Source: the human T2T-CHM13v2.0 reference genome, Homo sapiens. Taken from it: a stretch of 64,000 bases of DNA. Below are positions 42,746-61,327 of the stretch, one piece after another. The position numbers were made by a program, and so were the translations under genes. The stretch lies in NCBI RefSeq assembly GCF_009914755.1, contig NC_060925.1; one strand, 5' to 3'. The notes beneath the pieces were generated by a model. The model ran no database searches. It saw only the letters and a program-made list of their open reading frames with translations, and was not told where the DNA came from. How positions within the stretch are numbered: the stretch's first letter is position 1; each line of letters starts with the position of its first letter.

Positions 42746-43370
42746 AGCTGGGCACAGTGGCTCAAGCTTATAATCCCAATATTTTGGGAGGCCAAGGTAG
42801 GAGGAATTTTTTTTTTTGAGACTGAGTCTCACTCTGTTGTCTAGGCTGGAGTGCAATGGTACAATCTTGGCTCTGTAACTGTAACCTCTGCCTCCTGGGT
42901 TCAAGCGATTCTCCTGCCTCAGCATCCCGAGTAGATGGGATTATAGGTGCACCACCGCACTCAGCTAATTTTTGTATTTTTAGTAGAGACGGGGTTTCTC
43001 CATATTGGCCAAGCTGGTCTCGAACTCCCAACCTCAAGTGATCCACCCACCTCGACTTCCCCAAGTACTGGAATTACAGGCATGAGCCACTGCGCCTGGC
43101 TGGTAGGAGGAATTCTTGAGCCTAGCAGTTCGAAACTAGCCTGAGCAGCATACTGAGACTTCGTCTCTACAAAATTTAAAAAAAAAAAAAAGAATCCATC
43201 TAGTAACAGGCAAACAAACAAAAAATTAGCTGGGCATATAGTCCCAGCTGCTCAGGAGGCTGGGGTGGGAGGATCACTTGAGTGGGGCTTGAAGCTGCAG
43301 TGAGCCATGATCGTGCCAGTATACTCCACGATGGGCAACAAAGCAAGATGCTGTCTTAAAAAAAAAACAA
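42746..43370 (+). mobile_element. AluJ host interrupted by an antisense AluS
   Basis: Left portion 42746-42808, resumes at 43102. Confidence 0.88.
42809..43101 (-). mobile_element. AluS (Sz/Sx-like) nested in AluJ
   Basis: Perfect 13-bp TSD GGTAGGAGGAATT. Confidence 0.93.
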
Positions 43371-43694
43371 AAAGCAGCCCCACCTCAAACACCCTGGGGC
43401 AGAGCCATGGAGTTTCTCTCTTCTAGCCATGCATCATCACTAAAGGGACAGCTAAGGATGACCCTGGAGGGAAAATCAAGACAACCCAGCAGAGACACCT
43501 CCGAGTGAGAGGGAAAATGTAGCTGAAGTGGCCCACCTGTTAGAGGGCAGGCATTACCTGGCAGGGATGTGGAGCTGAAAAGCATTCTGCTGCCTCTGGA
43601 GAAGCAAATGGACAGTACTCTGGTTCTGACTCCAAAACCTGAAGAATATCACACACAAAATAATGAGGGAAATCATTACAAAGCAACAGCCCAA

Positions 43695-43733
43695 ATGTGT
43701 GTGTGTGCGCATGTGCACGCGCGTGCACGTGTA
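43695..43733. repeat. 39-bp alternating purine-pyrimidine tract
   Basis: ATGTGTGTGTGTGCGCATGTGCACGCGCGTGCACGTGTA. Confidence 0.9.
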
Positions 43734-44219
43734 AAGAGAGAGTCTTGGAAACATTGAACTCTCCAGCATTTGAAAGCCTCTCTTGGCTCCCCTGACACTG
43801 TTCTCTGAGACTCTCACTAATGCCCCTCACTGTCTTGTGCCCAGGCCCTTTTCCTTCGCCTCTCCCATAAGTGATAGGGGTCCCTGTGGTCCTGTCCTCT
43901 GCCTTTTCTTCTCATAGCACACATGTGCCCTGGGCAACCTTGACCACTGCTCTGCTTCGACTGCTCTGGAGATCACAATATCTGCATCCTCAGCTCCCTT
44001 CCCTTGACCAAGCCCCAACCCCACATACCCAGCTGCTTAGTGGACATCTCCAATCGGCTGTCTAGAAGGCTCCATCTCCCATCTCTAACCCGGCTGCTCC
44101 CCCTAGGTCACATCTTTTGGAACACAACAGCATCCCACACTAGGCTGCCACAGTCAGAAACCTCAAAGTCACCCTTTATTCCGCCTGCCTGGCTCCCTAC
44201 ATCCCTGATTCCTCCTCCT

Positions 44220-44877
<658 letters not shown>

Positions 44878-45846
44878 CTCCTCTATGCCTCCTAAGTCCA
44901 TCCCTTCTCTCTATCCCCAATACTATTGCCCAGATTTCCTCCCTCATCATTTCCAATTTGAATTAAACTATTAAATAGTGTCCTTTTCCTAGTCTGCCTC
45001 TACTTGTGCTGATCCACCCACTTCCACTAGAGTGATCTTTCTAAAATGCAAATCTGATGAGGCACTTGCCTGCTTGAAATGACCAATGCCTCTCCAGAGC
45101 CTGTGGTCTGGCCTCTGCCTACCTCTCCAGATTTTTCCCTCATGTCTCCTTTTGGTCCTCTGTGGACCAGCCGTACTGCACTGCTTCAGGTTGCTCTAAA
45201 ATGCCAGCGTGCTCTCCCAAGCCATCCTGCCTTTACACAAGTTGCTCTTTCTACCTGGAATCCATCCCTGCCTTTTTCTTGTTTTATATAAAATTTATGG
45301 GAAACTTTCCCAACAACTACCATCTGGCAGGTGCCATGCTTCGGGATCCCATGTGAACCTGGTGCCACTTACTATGCTCCTAAATTGGGACCATTGAATT
45401 GTCTGTCTCCTTCACTAGACACACCTTAGAAATAGAAAGGTGTCTTATTCATTTTTGTATTTCACACCAGCATAAGGCATGCACAGAGTAAGCAATCATT
45501 AGATGTTTGTTGGATAAATGTACATTTTTCTTTCACAGCACACAGTAATGGTACTATTTTCCATTTATGCATCTATCTCATTGCTAGTCTGTGAGCTCCT
45601 GGAGGGTAAAAACTAGGCCTCGGTTCATCTTTTTTTGTTATCAGGTCCTAGCACCGTGCCAGGCATAAAAAGCACTCAGTAACATTTGATGGATGAGTAA
45701 GCAGGGATCAACTTGGGGTGTGATCAGTCATTTTCCGGAGGAGATGTCTTGTGAGCTGGATTGACACTATTAGAGGCAGCAGAGAACAAGTTGCATTTGA
45801 GATAGAGGAACAATTTATGATTAGGACAAAGGTAAAGCAGACGTAG

Positions 45847-46245
<399 letters not shown>

Positions 46246-46366
46246 TATGAATTTTTTAAAAAAATTATTTAAATAGCCCAGTCACCTGGAGCTCTGTTTT
46301 CTCATTGTGTAGCTGCATATTTTCCTGCGTATAAGGCTTACATTTCCTTGGAATCACAGCACATTC

Positions 46367-47165
46367 TGGCTCTGATAGGAAGAGCACCCGCCCATGAGTG
46401 AATGTGGACCTAGCCGGTTGTTCCAAGTGCTGGCACAGAAGCAGGCTCTGTGCTGTGCTTGCGACTGGACCAGGCATGTTGCAAGCCACTCCCCTGGTGG
46501 TCTCTGGCATCCAGACAAGGGGAATGCAGTGGCACCTAGGCAGGGGTGTCCATGACCCCAAAGCCCCAGAGGGGGTGTTACAGCATGCTAATTAGCTCTT
46601 ATAGTCCCAGCTTCTGCTGCCTAGTGGACAGTGGCATGTTAACAGCTCTGTCATTTCCTTGCCCCACTCTCGCCAGCAGCTCTGGGGCAAACTTGGCACC
46701 ACCACTGCTTTCCGTTGCATGGGGCAGCTGCCCTTCACCAGTCCCATGTCCAAAAAAAATGAGGTCATGCTGACAATCAAAGGGTTGGGCCTGAACAAGG
46801 CCTGGGCAGGGGCATTGCTGGCAGGAGCTCTCCAACTGGCAGAGTGATCAAGAAAAATCCTGTGTCATTGTGACTTCTGGAGTAATGGCTGGCAATTGTT
46901 TATGTCTACACCTTAGCAGAATTCAGGCTCCCCTATCCTCCTAGCCTGGTGGTCTCTCATTAGCTTTACAAAGGCAGTTAAGTTTGGCGGAAGGGCTATT
47001 CTCACTTAAACTATAAACTAAATGTCTCCCAAAATTAGCTTGGCCCAAGCCCAGTAATAATTAAGTATAGCTTGAAGGCTAAAGGCCAGAAATGAGTTGG
47101 CTAGATCAGATCTCCCCAACTGCCATAATTTTCTCACTGTTATAATTTCTGCAAAGGTAGTCTCA
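46367..47165 (-). mobile_element. ERV1 solo LTR (LTR8-like U3 with LTR1/LTR27/MER52-like 3' half)
   Basis: Minus-strand start TGAGACTACCTTTGCAGAAATTATAAC; GGGGGTGTTACAGC..CTAATTAGCTC motif; TG..CA ends with ATTC TSD. Confidence 0.72.
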
Positions 47166-47627
47166 ATTCTGATAAACACCTTGTCATTAGCAGGAATTTG
47201 GAATCCTGCTAAAGGAGAAGAGATCTTATAATATTTTGCAGAGCTGGGAAGAGCAGACCTTGTAGTCTTAATATAGCAAACTTCAAACGGCTAATTGAAA
47301 GGGATGCTGACATCTGGTGAAATATTAACGAGCTATCACTTTGTCTGAGACCTTGACTTTCTTCCACTAGTTACTAGGGCCTCCATATAAGGGAAGGGCT
47401 GATTGCTTCGTCACTGGCCAGGCAGAGGACCAGTATCTAAGGCAGATGCTATGCTTCCTCTCCATTCCTCCTTCCTCATCCTTCAGCCAGAAGCCCTCAG
47501 GCATCGATTCCTAGCAGCCCTGCCTATTGATTTACCAGTTCACAAATTTGTGTGACCCCTACTGTTATCACTAAGTCAGAATGTCCTGGGGCCTGAGTGG
47601 AATCCCTGGTCAGCAGAACCCACACTG

Positions 47628-47918
47628 ATTTATTTATTTGAGACAGGGTCTCACTCTGTTGCCCAGGCTGCAGTGCAGTGGCATGATCTCAGCTCACTGC
47701 AACCTCCACCTTCTGGGATCAGGTGATCCTCTCATCTCAGTCTCCTGAGTAGCTGGCACTACAGGTGTGCATGACCATGCCCAGCTAATTTTTATATTTT
47801 TAGTAGAGACTGGTTTTCACCACATTTCACAGGTTTTGGTCAGGTTGTCTTGAACTCCTAGCCTCAAGTGATCTGCCCGCCTCAGCCTCCCAAAGTGCTT
47901 GGATTACAGGCATGAGCC
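47628..47918 (-). mobile_element. AluJ-type
   Basis: Alu body whose 5' end is lost at the junction with the MLT1 fragment. Confidence 0.88.
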
Positions 47919-48002
47919 TGCGAGAAAGGATCTGTTCCACACCTCTCTCTTTGGCTTGTAGATGGCCATCTTCTCTTTATATCTCTTCATATCATCTTTC
48001 CT

Positions 48003-48506
48003 CTATGCATCTGCCTCTGTGTCCGAACTTTTTCTTTTTATAAGGACACCATTTGGGGTGGAGCCAAGATGGCCAAATAGGAACAGCTCCAGTCTACAGC
48101 TGCCAGTGTGAGCGACGCAGAAGACGGGTGATTTCTGCATTTCCAACTGAGGTACCGGGTTCATCGCACTGGGGATTGTTGGACAGGGGGTGCAGGACAG
48201 TGGGTGCAGTGCACTGAGCATGAGCCAAAGCAGGGCGAGGCATCGCCTCACCCGGGAAGCACAAGGGGTCAGGGAATTCCCTTTCCTAGCCAAGGAAAGA
48301 GGTGACAGATGGCACCTGGAAAATCGGGTCACTCCCATCCTAATACTGTGCTTTTCCAATGGTCTTAGCAAACGGCACACCAGGAGATTATATCCTGTGC
48401 CTGGCTCGGAGGGTCCTATGCCCACGGAGCCTCGCTGATTGCTAGCACAGCAGTCTGAGATCAAACTGCAAGGAAGCAGCAAGGCTGGGGGAGGGGCACC
48501 CTCCAT
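48003..48506 (-). CDS. ORF0: L1 ORF0 homolog, open for 167 aa (translation unproven)
   Basis: MEGAPPPALLLPCSLISDCCASNQRGSVG.. matches the ORF0 N-terminus; ATG in a gcaATGG context. Confidence 0.55.
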   Translation of the reverse strand: MEGAPPPALLLPCSLISDCCASNQRGSVGIGPSEPGTGYNLLVCRLLRPLEKHSIRMGVTRFSRCHLSPLSLARKGNSLTPCASRVRRCLALLWLMLSALHPLSCTPCPTIPSAMNPVPQLEMQKSPVFCVAHTGSCRLELFLFGHLGSTPNGVLIKRKSSDTEADA

Positions 48507-49081
48507 TGCCAAGGCTTAAGTAGGTAAACAAAGCAGCTGGGAAGCTCGAACTGGGTGGAGCCCACCGCAGCTCAAGGAGGCCTGCCTGCCTCTGTAGACT
48601 CCACCTCTGGGGGCAGGGCACAGCCAAACAAAAGGCAGCAGAAACCTCTGCAGACTTAAATGTCCCTGTCTGACAGCTTTGAAGAGAGTAGTGGTTCTCC
48701 CAGCACGCAGCTTGAGATCTGAGAACGGACAGACTGTCTCCTCAAGTGGGTCCCAGACCCCTGAGTAGCCTAACTGGGAGGCACGCCCCAGTAGGGGCAG
48801 ACTGACACCTCACACGGCTGGGTACTCCTATGGAACAAAACTTCCAGAGGAACGATCAGGCAGCAACATTTGCTGTTCACCAATATCTGCTGTTCTGCAG
48901 CATCCGCTGCTGATACCCAGGCAAACGGGTTCTGGAGTAGACCTTCAGAAAACTCCAACAGACCTGCAGCTGAGGGTCCTGACTGTTAGAAGGAAAACTA
49001 ACAAACAGAAAGGACATCCACACCAAAACCCCATCTGTATGTCACCATCATCAAAGACCAAAGGTAGATAAAACCACAAAG
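48054..49081 (+). promoter_or_regulatory. L1 5'UTR (sense and antisense promoter), retains the approx. 129-bp segment at 48825-48953
   Basis: AAGATGGCC YY1 motif at 48066; the UTR is about 1.03 kb, longer than the L1HS type. Confidence 0.8.
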
Positions 49082-50117
49082 ATGGGGAAAATCACAGCAG
49101 AAAAACTGGAAACTCTAAAAATCAGAGCACCTCTCCTCCTCCAAAGGAATGCAGCTCCTCACCAGCAACAGAACAAAGCTGGATGGAGAATGACTTTGAG
49201 TTGAGAGTTCACTTTGAGTTGAGTTGAGGGAAGAAGGCTTCAGACGATCAAACTACTCCGAGCTAAAGGAGGAAGTTCGAACCCATGGCAAAGAAGTTAA
49301 AAACCTTGAAAAAAGATTAGATGAATAGCTAACTAAAATAACCAATGCAGAGAAGTCCTTAAAGGACCTGAAGGAGCTGAAAACCACGGCATGAGAATTA
49401 CATGATGAATGCACAAGCCTCAGGAGCAGATTCAATCAACTGGAAGAAAGGGTATCAGTGATGGAAGATCAAATGAATGAAATGAAATGAAAAGAGAAGT
49501 TTAGAGAAAAAAGAATAAAAAGAAACAAACAAAGCCTCAAAGAAGTATGGGACTATGTGAAAAGACCAAATCTACATCTGATTGGTGTACCTAAAACTGA
49601 CGGGGAGAATGGAACCAAGTTGGAAAACACTCTGCAGGATATTATCCAGGAGAACTTCTCCAATCTAGCAAGGCAGGCCAACATTCAAATCCAGGAAATA
49701 CAGAGAACGCCACAAAGATACTCCTCAAGAAGAGAAACTCCAAGACACATAATTGTCAGATTCACCAAAGTTGAAACGAAGGAAAAAATGTTAAGGGCAG
49801 CCAGAGAGAAAGGTCGGGTTACCCACAAAGGGAAGCCCATCAGACTAACAGCTGATCTCTCAGCAGAAACTCTACAAGCCAGAAGAGAGTGGGGGCCAAT
49901 ATTCAACATTCTTAAAGAAAAGAATTTTCAGCCCAGAATTGCATATCCAGCCAAACTAAGCTTCATAAGTGAAGGAGAAATAAAATACTTTACAGACAAG
50001 TAAATGCTGAGAGATTTTGTCACCATCAGGCCTGCCCTACAAGAGCTCCTGAAGGAAGCACTAAACATGGAAAGGAACAACTGGTACCAGCCACTGCAAA
50101 AACATGCCAAATTGTAA
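49082..50117 (+). pseudogene. L1 ORF1p remnant
   Basis: KRPNLHLIGVP..REKGRVTHKGKPIRLTADLS; frameshift near the ATG and several in-frame stops. Confidence 0.92.
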
Positions 50118-50180
50118 AGACCATCGAGGCTAGGAAGAAACTGCATCAACTAATGAGCAAAATAACCAGCTAACATCATA

Positions 50181-54006
<3,826 letters not shown>

Positions 54007-54315
54007 ACAATGAGAACACATGGACACAGGAAGGGGAACATCACACACCGGGGCCTGTTGTGGGGTGGGGGGAGGGGGGAAGGATAGCATTAGGAGATAT
54101 ACCTAATGTTAAATGACGAGTTAATGGGTGCAGCACACCAATATGGCACATGTATACATATGTAACTAACCTGCACATTGTGCATATGTACCCTAAAACT
54201 TAAAGTATAATAAAAAATAAAAAATAAAAAAATAAGGACACCATTCATATTGGATTTAGACCCACCCTAATGACCTCATTGTAACTTGAATACCTCTCTA
54301 AAGATCCTAACTCCA

Positions 54316-54669
<354 letters not shown>

Positions 54670-54690
54670 CTAGTATATCTTTTTGGGAGG

Positions 54691-55374
<684 letters not shown>

Positions 55375-55639
55375 GTGGGACACAGTTTGATCCTAATGTT
55401 CCCTGGAGGATTCCCACTTTCCTCCCTATCTCCACTCTGCTGCTCCTGACTGCACACATGCTCTCTGCTCTGAGCAGGATGCAAGATCTTGGAGAGAAAG
55501 GTTGGGTGTGGGGTTAATTTGGCTCTGAGACACATCATCACAGGCCAGTGATGATGTGCCGGCCTACCTGGTGAGATGGGCTCCCCAGCCTGCTTCTGGC
55601 TCCAGGTGTGTGCTTTTTCAAAGCTGCACATCAACAGAA

Positions 55640-56040
55640 AGGACGATGATGGAGGATGAAATGTTCCCAATATTTGCTGTCCCTAAGGTCTCGGGAGGAT
55701 TGTACTTTGCTACCCTGTTGACAGCAGGATTGGTCATGTAACTTGCTTTAGCCAATGAAATATGAATGGGAGGGACATGGGCTATCTCCAAGAGGAGGCT
55801 GTGAGAGGCAGTGCATGCTTGGTTGTGCTTTCTCTCCCTCTGGGCGAGACTGGTAACGGAAGACTAGATGGAAGTGGTCCACTGGCCTGGGGCCTGGAGG
55901 AAGGTTCATATGGAACTGAGCTTATGCCAAACCATGATGGGCACATAGAATGAGCCAGAAATAAACCATGCTGTTAAAAGCCACTGAGATTTAAAAGTTG
56001 TTTGTTATTGGTCATAACTTTGCCAATCCCGAATGAAAAG
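55640..56040 (+). mobile_element. Old MLT1 (I/J-like) LTR
   Basis: GGTCATGTAACTTGCTTTAGCCAATGAAAT..GAAATAAAC..AAGCCACTGAGATTT. Confidence 0.7.
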
Positions 56041-56355
56041 ACAACCTTCCCAAATAAAGAACTAGGCTTTAGCTAAGAACATATATGTGGAGTGAACACA
56101 AAGGTGAATTCTAAATGGATCAAACTTTATATGTGATAAATGAAGCCGTAAAAGTACTAGAAGAAAATAGGAATTACCTTCATAAGCTGAGAGTGGGGAA
56201 GGGCTTTCTAATTATTATTCAAAACTCAGAACCTTTGAAGGAAAAGATTGCATTACAAACTGCATTACTTAAAAATTTCATACTTGATAGAAAAATAAAC
56301 TAACACCACTATCACCAAGAAAAGAAATAAAAACCAAGCAAACAAATGTCATAAG

Positions 56356-56680
56356 TGTGGTAGATTGTTTGCAAAAATAGCCACAAAATTCCTTCCTTTT
56401 ATTCACATCTTTGGTATTCCCTTCCCATCCTAACTCTAGCCTTGCCATATTACTTGCTTTAGCCACAGGGACAATAACAAATGTGATGCAAGTAGGGTCT
56501 TAAAGCACGTGGGCATTGGTGCTTGCTCTCTTGCTGTTTCCTGGAACCTGTGACCACCATACGAATACAGATGAACTGTCTCAGCGGAACCCAAACCATA
56601 GAATCTTGAGCAAACAAGTGACTGTTGCTTCTAGCCAAACAATTTTGGGATGGTTTGTACACAGAAAAAAATAACTGACG
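56356..56680 (+). mobile_element. MLT1 (F/G/H-like) LTR inside L1ME
   Basis: TGTGGTAGATTGTTTGCAAAAATAGCCACAA start; TSD about TAAG. Confidence 0.7.
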
Positions 56681-57277
56681 TAAGGAGCAAAATCAACATG
56701 AGAAAGTTATTTGCAACTCATACCACAAACAAAGGGCTTAGGTTTCTAATACACACTTTTCCCTATGTAAATTTCCTTCTTATAAAATATGAAAGCCCAA
56801 CAACTCAGTAGAAAAATGGGCAAAGATTATGAACATACAGTTCACGGTGAAGAAAATACAAATAGTTGTTTAAATATATGGACATACGCTCAATCTCATT
56901 CATAGTAAGACAAATTCAGATTAAAACTCCCTCAAGATAGAATTCTTACCTGTCAGATTGGCAAAAATACAAGGGTTTGGTAACATGCTGAGCTGGTAAA
57001 GACATGAGGAAACAGGCACTCTCATACACTGTGGGTGGGAGTAAAACCTGATGGAGGACAATTTGGCAACAGCTATGAAAATTACAAATGCACAAATTGT
57101 TTCATCTAGTAACTGTATTTCTAGGAACTTATCCTACAGTGTACTCATATAGAAAGTGACATATGCACAAGGTTATTCAGTATTGTTTATATGCAAATGT
57201 TTATATGCAATATGCAGTATTGTTTATAATAGCAAAAGATTGGCAATGACCTAAATGCCCATCAATAGGAGAATGCA

Positions 57278-57575
57278 GGCTGGGCACGGTGGCTCATGCC
57301 TGTAATCCCAGCATTTTGGGAGGCCGATGTGGGTGGATCACCTGAGGTCAGGGGTTCGAGACCAGCGTGACCAACATGGAGAAACCCCATCTCTACTAAA
57401 AATACAAAATTAGCCGGGCATGGTGGCACATGCCTGTAATCCCAGCTACTCAGGAAGCTGAGGCAGGAGAATTGGTTAAACCCAGGAGGTGGAAGTTGTG
57501 ATGAGCCAAGATTGCACCATTGCACTCCAGCCTGGGCAACAAGAGCAAAACTCTGTCTCAAAAAAAAAAAAAAAA
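57278..57575 (+). mobile_element. AluSp-like
   Basis: TGACCAACATGGAGAAACC and GCAACAAGAGC. Confidence 0.9.
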
Positions 57576-57581
57576 GGACTG

Positions 57582-57779
57582 CATGGATTGCAAAGTACTG
57601 TCACAAACACTACCAGAACAGAGACAGCCTCCCAATAATCCTGTGGGTAGGTAAAGGTGGTGTATAGTCATATAATGAAATACTATGCAACTGTGAAAAA
57701 AATATGGAAGCTGGAAGGTACTGATATGAAAAAATACCCAAGATGTGTTGGTAAAAAATGATGTAAATTGCAGAAGTAC

Positions 57780-57816
<37 letters not shown>

Positions 57817-58307
57817 TTTGGATTTGCTTCTATATGCATAAAGAGACCAGAAAAGGATACACAGAAAACTAGCATAGGAGTCACAGATTACCCATAGGAT
57901 GTGGTGGAACAGGGCACATAATGGACAGAAGTGGGAGGGAGACTTTCCATCATGTAGCTTTTTGCATTTTTTTAATTTTTGAAACTTGTATTATCTATTC
58001 AAGAATTGAAATAATAAAATTAAATATTTAGGAAATAATGTGGATGTAAAAAGTTGACCACAGGCCATAAAGAAGCTGAGGCTCAGAGAGGTTAAGTGTC
58101 CCTGCTGCTCACTGACAGAGTCAGCTTCTGAACTCAGGTCTGTCTGACCCTAAAGCCAGGAACTTGGGAAAGTCAAGGCTTCTCTAAACCTCAGATTTCC
58201 CAAATTTAAAATGGGAATCAGAGTCATGCCACCTCTACCTACCCACAGGATTATTGGGAGGCTATCTCTGTTGAGGTAGTGTTTGTGAGAATGTTTTGCA
58301 AACCATG
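57582..58307. repeat. 79-bp inverted duplication (57582-57660 vs 58229-58307)
   Basis: 70/79 identity on reverse-complement alignment. Confidence 0.93.
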
Positions 58308-58570
58308 TGGGGCTCTAACACCAGAAGCTCAATCAATTTCCACATAGTACATGATGTAAACTGTTTTTCTGGTCTCACTATTGCCAGCATAAAGGGCTGG
58401 GTACTTTACATATAGTATAACTTGATCTAATCCTCTTGCAGACTCTGGGGATGAAACATTTTATTCCCATTTTAGAGATGAGGAAATTGAGACTCAGAAA
58501 GGTTTACTAATTTAGTTAGTGTGTGACACAAGTGGGATTTGAGTCCAAGTTTGTTTGACGCTGACGCTAT
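58060..58570. mobile_element. Cluster of three MIR fragments (-,+,-)
   Basis: MIR cores at about 58075, 58190 and 58470. Confidence 0.7.
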
Positions 58571-58664
58571 TGTCTCTCAGTTATTGGAGGGGGTTATCCT
58601 ACTCAGTCCTCAGGAGTGGGTTCCTCAATGCCTGATGGGCACAGAAATTCATCCCCATTTGTAG

Positions 58665-59365
<701 letters not shown>

Positions 59366-61327
59366 AGCATAGCTGTCTTCAGTGACCATGGGACACACAA
59401 TAGAGAGGGAGAACTTAGCTTGGGGAGGCAAACTTCCAGGTAAGAAACTGACAATTATGAATTCAGAAATGCTGGTCCAATATAATCACTCCCAGAACTT
59501 GTGGCCCTATCAGAAAATCATGTTGCCCCACTCTGCTGTGGCTTCCCATAATGAGAGATGTACCCATCTCCCAGTGGGCGGTCTTAGACACAGATGACTA
59601 AGGCCACATCCACCCAATCCAAATAACTGATGATGGGTTTGGCCCAATGATTGTGGAAAGACCCCAGTTAATTCAGATTCATAGACTTATTGAAGAAGAT
59701 TTACTGTGTGTCAGAGATGCTCATACATGCTGTCTAATTTGATCTTTCTAACAAGCCACGAAATCAGAATGCTTATCTCTGTCTCATAGATGAGAGACCT
59801 TGGCATCAATCATGCCAGGATCCATCAATCATCTATGTAGCATGTACCAAGCACCTCAGGAGGTACAATTATAAGATTCAATTGCTGTTCTTGGGAAGCT
59901 CCGATTTAGTAGGAAAGTGCCTTATACACGTAAAAAGAAAATGACTATCCTGAAATCAGCTACATGACAGATCAAAAGCCTCTCAGGTTGGAAGGAAGGA
60001 AGGGAGGGAGAGAGAAAGAAAAAAATGAAGGGAGATATAAAGGGAGGAAAGGGGTTGGAATGGTAGTTAGGCAGAATAATCTGCCACCCCAAACATTTGT
60101 GAGGGACACAAAAGTGGGATGAAGCCCCAAACCCTCTTTTTACTGCTTCCATAGTCCCTGGATTGGTGGCATCATAAGAATCTTCGGTAAATGTGGGCAC
60201 TTTCTGTGACTTCCTTTCTTCTCCTTTCCTCTCTTTCACTGGTCATCGCAGCCAGCTTTTACTTCAATTTGTCTTTCATCATCATATCTCTTTCCCCATG
60301 TCCCCCCACACCCCATAACTCCCTTCTTACCAAAACCAGAACCAAACCAAAGCAGGCTATCAAGCATCTTAGCCTTATGGGATATTCTTGGCTCGTGGCC
60401 TTCCTGAGGTAGAGCCATCAGTGTCACTGAGTCTGAAAGGGAAGAGGGTTTGACAGCAGTCAGTCCTGTTGAGTCTGCTTCCAACCACTCCACCCAAGGG
60501 GCACTTGAGCAGCAATGGGTGGAGGGGATGTGGGAGAAGAACCAGTATCTTGCTATCCTAGGCAGCACCAAAGCTTCCCTCACTTGCTTTCAGCCTGCTG
60601 GGTGAGTGAAGATCAAGGATTAGCAATGGGCAACAGAAGCTATGAACTCTCTTCTGAAGTACCTCGCAGGCTCCTCGATACTCTTATCACCAAGTCTGTT
60701 ATTCACACAGTGGCAGCCACAGTGATCAAATGCATAAGGCAGATCACATCATGTACTTCCTAACAACCCTCCAGTCGTTTCCCACTTGAGCTAAACTGTC
60801 CTGGCCTATGAGGTCTGCATTCATCTGGCACCTGTTACCATGTCATTACTGCATCCTCTCATCTTGTCATCTGTAAAATGGGAATGAGCATGGCTGCTTT
60901 TAGAACGAAACAAGATGACGTATGTCACACACAGACACACACACCATCACCACCACCAGGCCATCATGGTAGAATCTGAATAGTAAGAAATGATTAAATT
61001 GAGATTTGCAGCCATGCAGAGAACGATAGAATCAGGTACCTAGTAGATGTGAAAGGGTCAAGTTAATGGCATGGTTAATCCATCTTTGAACAAGACAATT
61101 GGACAAAAGTCTGGCATAGAGAAGTGAATGATGGAGAGAATGGAAACTTGAGGCACTAACAAGTGACAGGTTGAACTGTAGTCTCCAAACTGTGACCCAT
61201 AAGGAGTGGCTGGTCTAAGATTTTTAGAAAAGCAAAAACGTTTTTACGAGTTGCCTAACCCTTAAGCTGGCGGGCCACTAGTATCTAATAAGCTCCATCA
61301 CACAAGCACAACAGCTGTGTAACTGCT

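Larger units (their letters stand above)
56090..58030 (+). mobile_element. Ancient L1ME-like 3' region
   Basis: AAAGTACTAGAAGAAAATAG, AAAATGGGCAAAGA, AAATGCCCATCAATAGG and 3'UTR motifs. Confidence 0.75.

Noticed and set aside
59383-59446. Strong donor CAG|GTAAGA (also isolated donors at 15481, 28315, 60601)
   Set aside because: No convincing paired acceptor; isolated splice-like motifs are expected in 64 kb.
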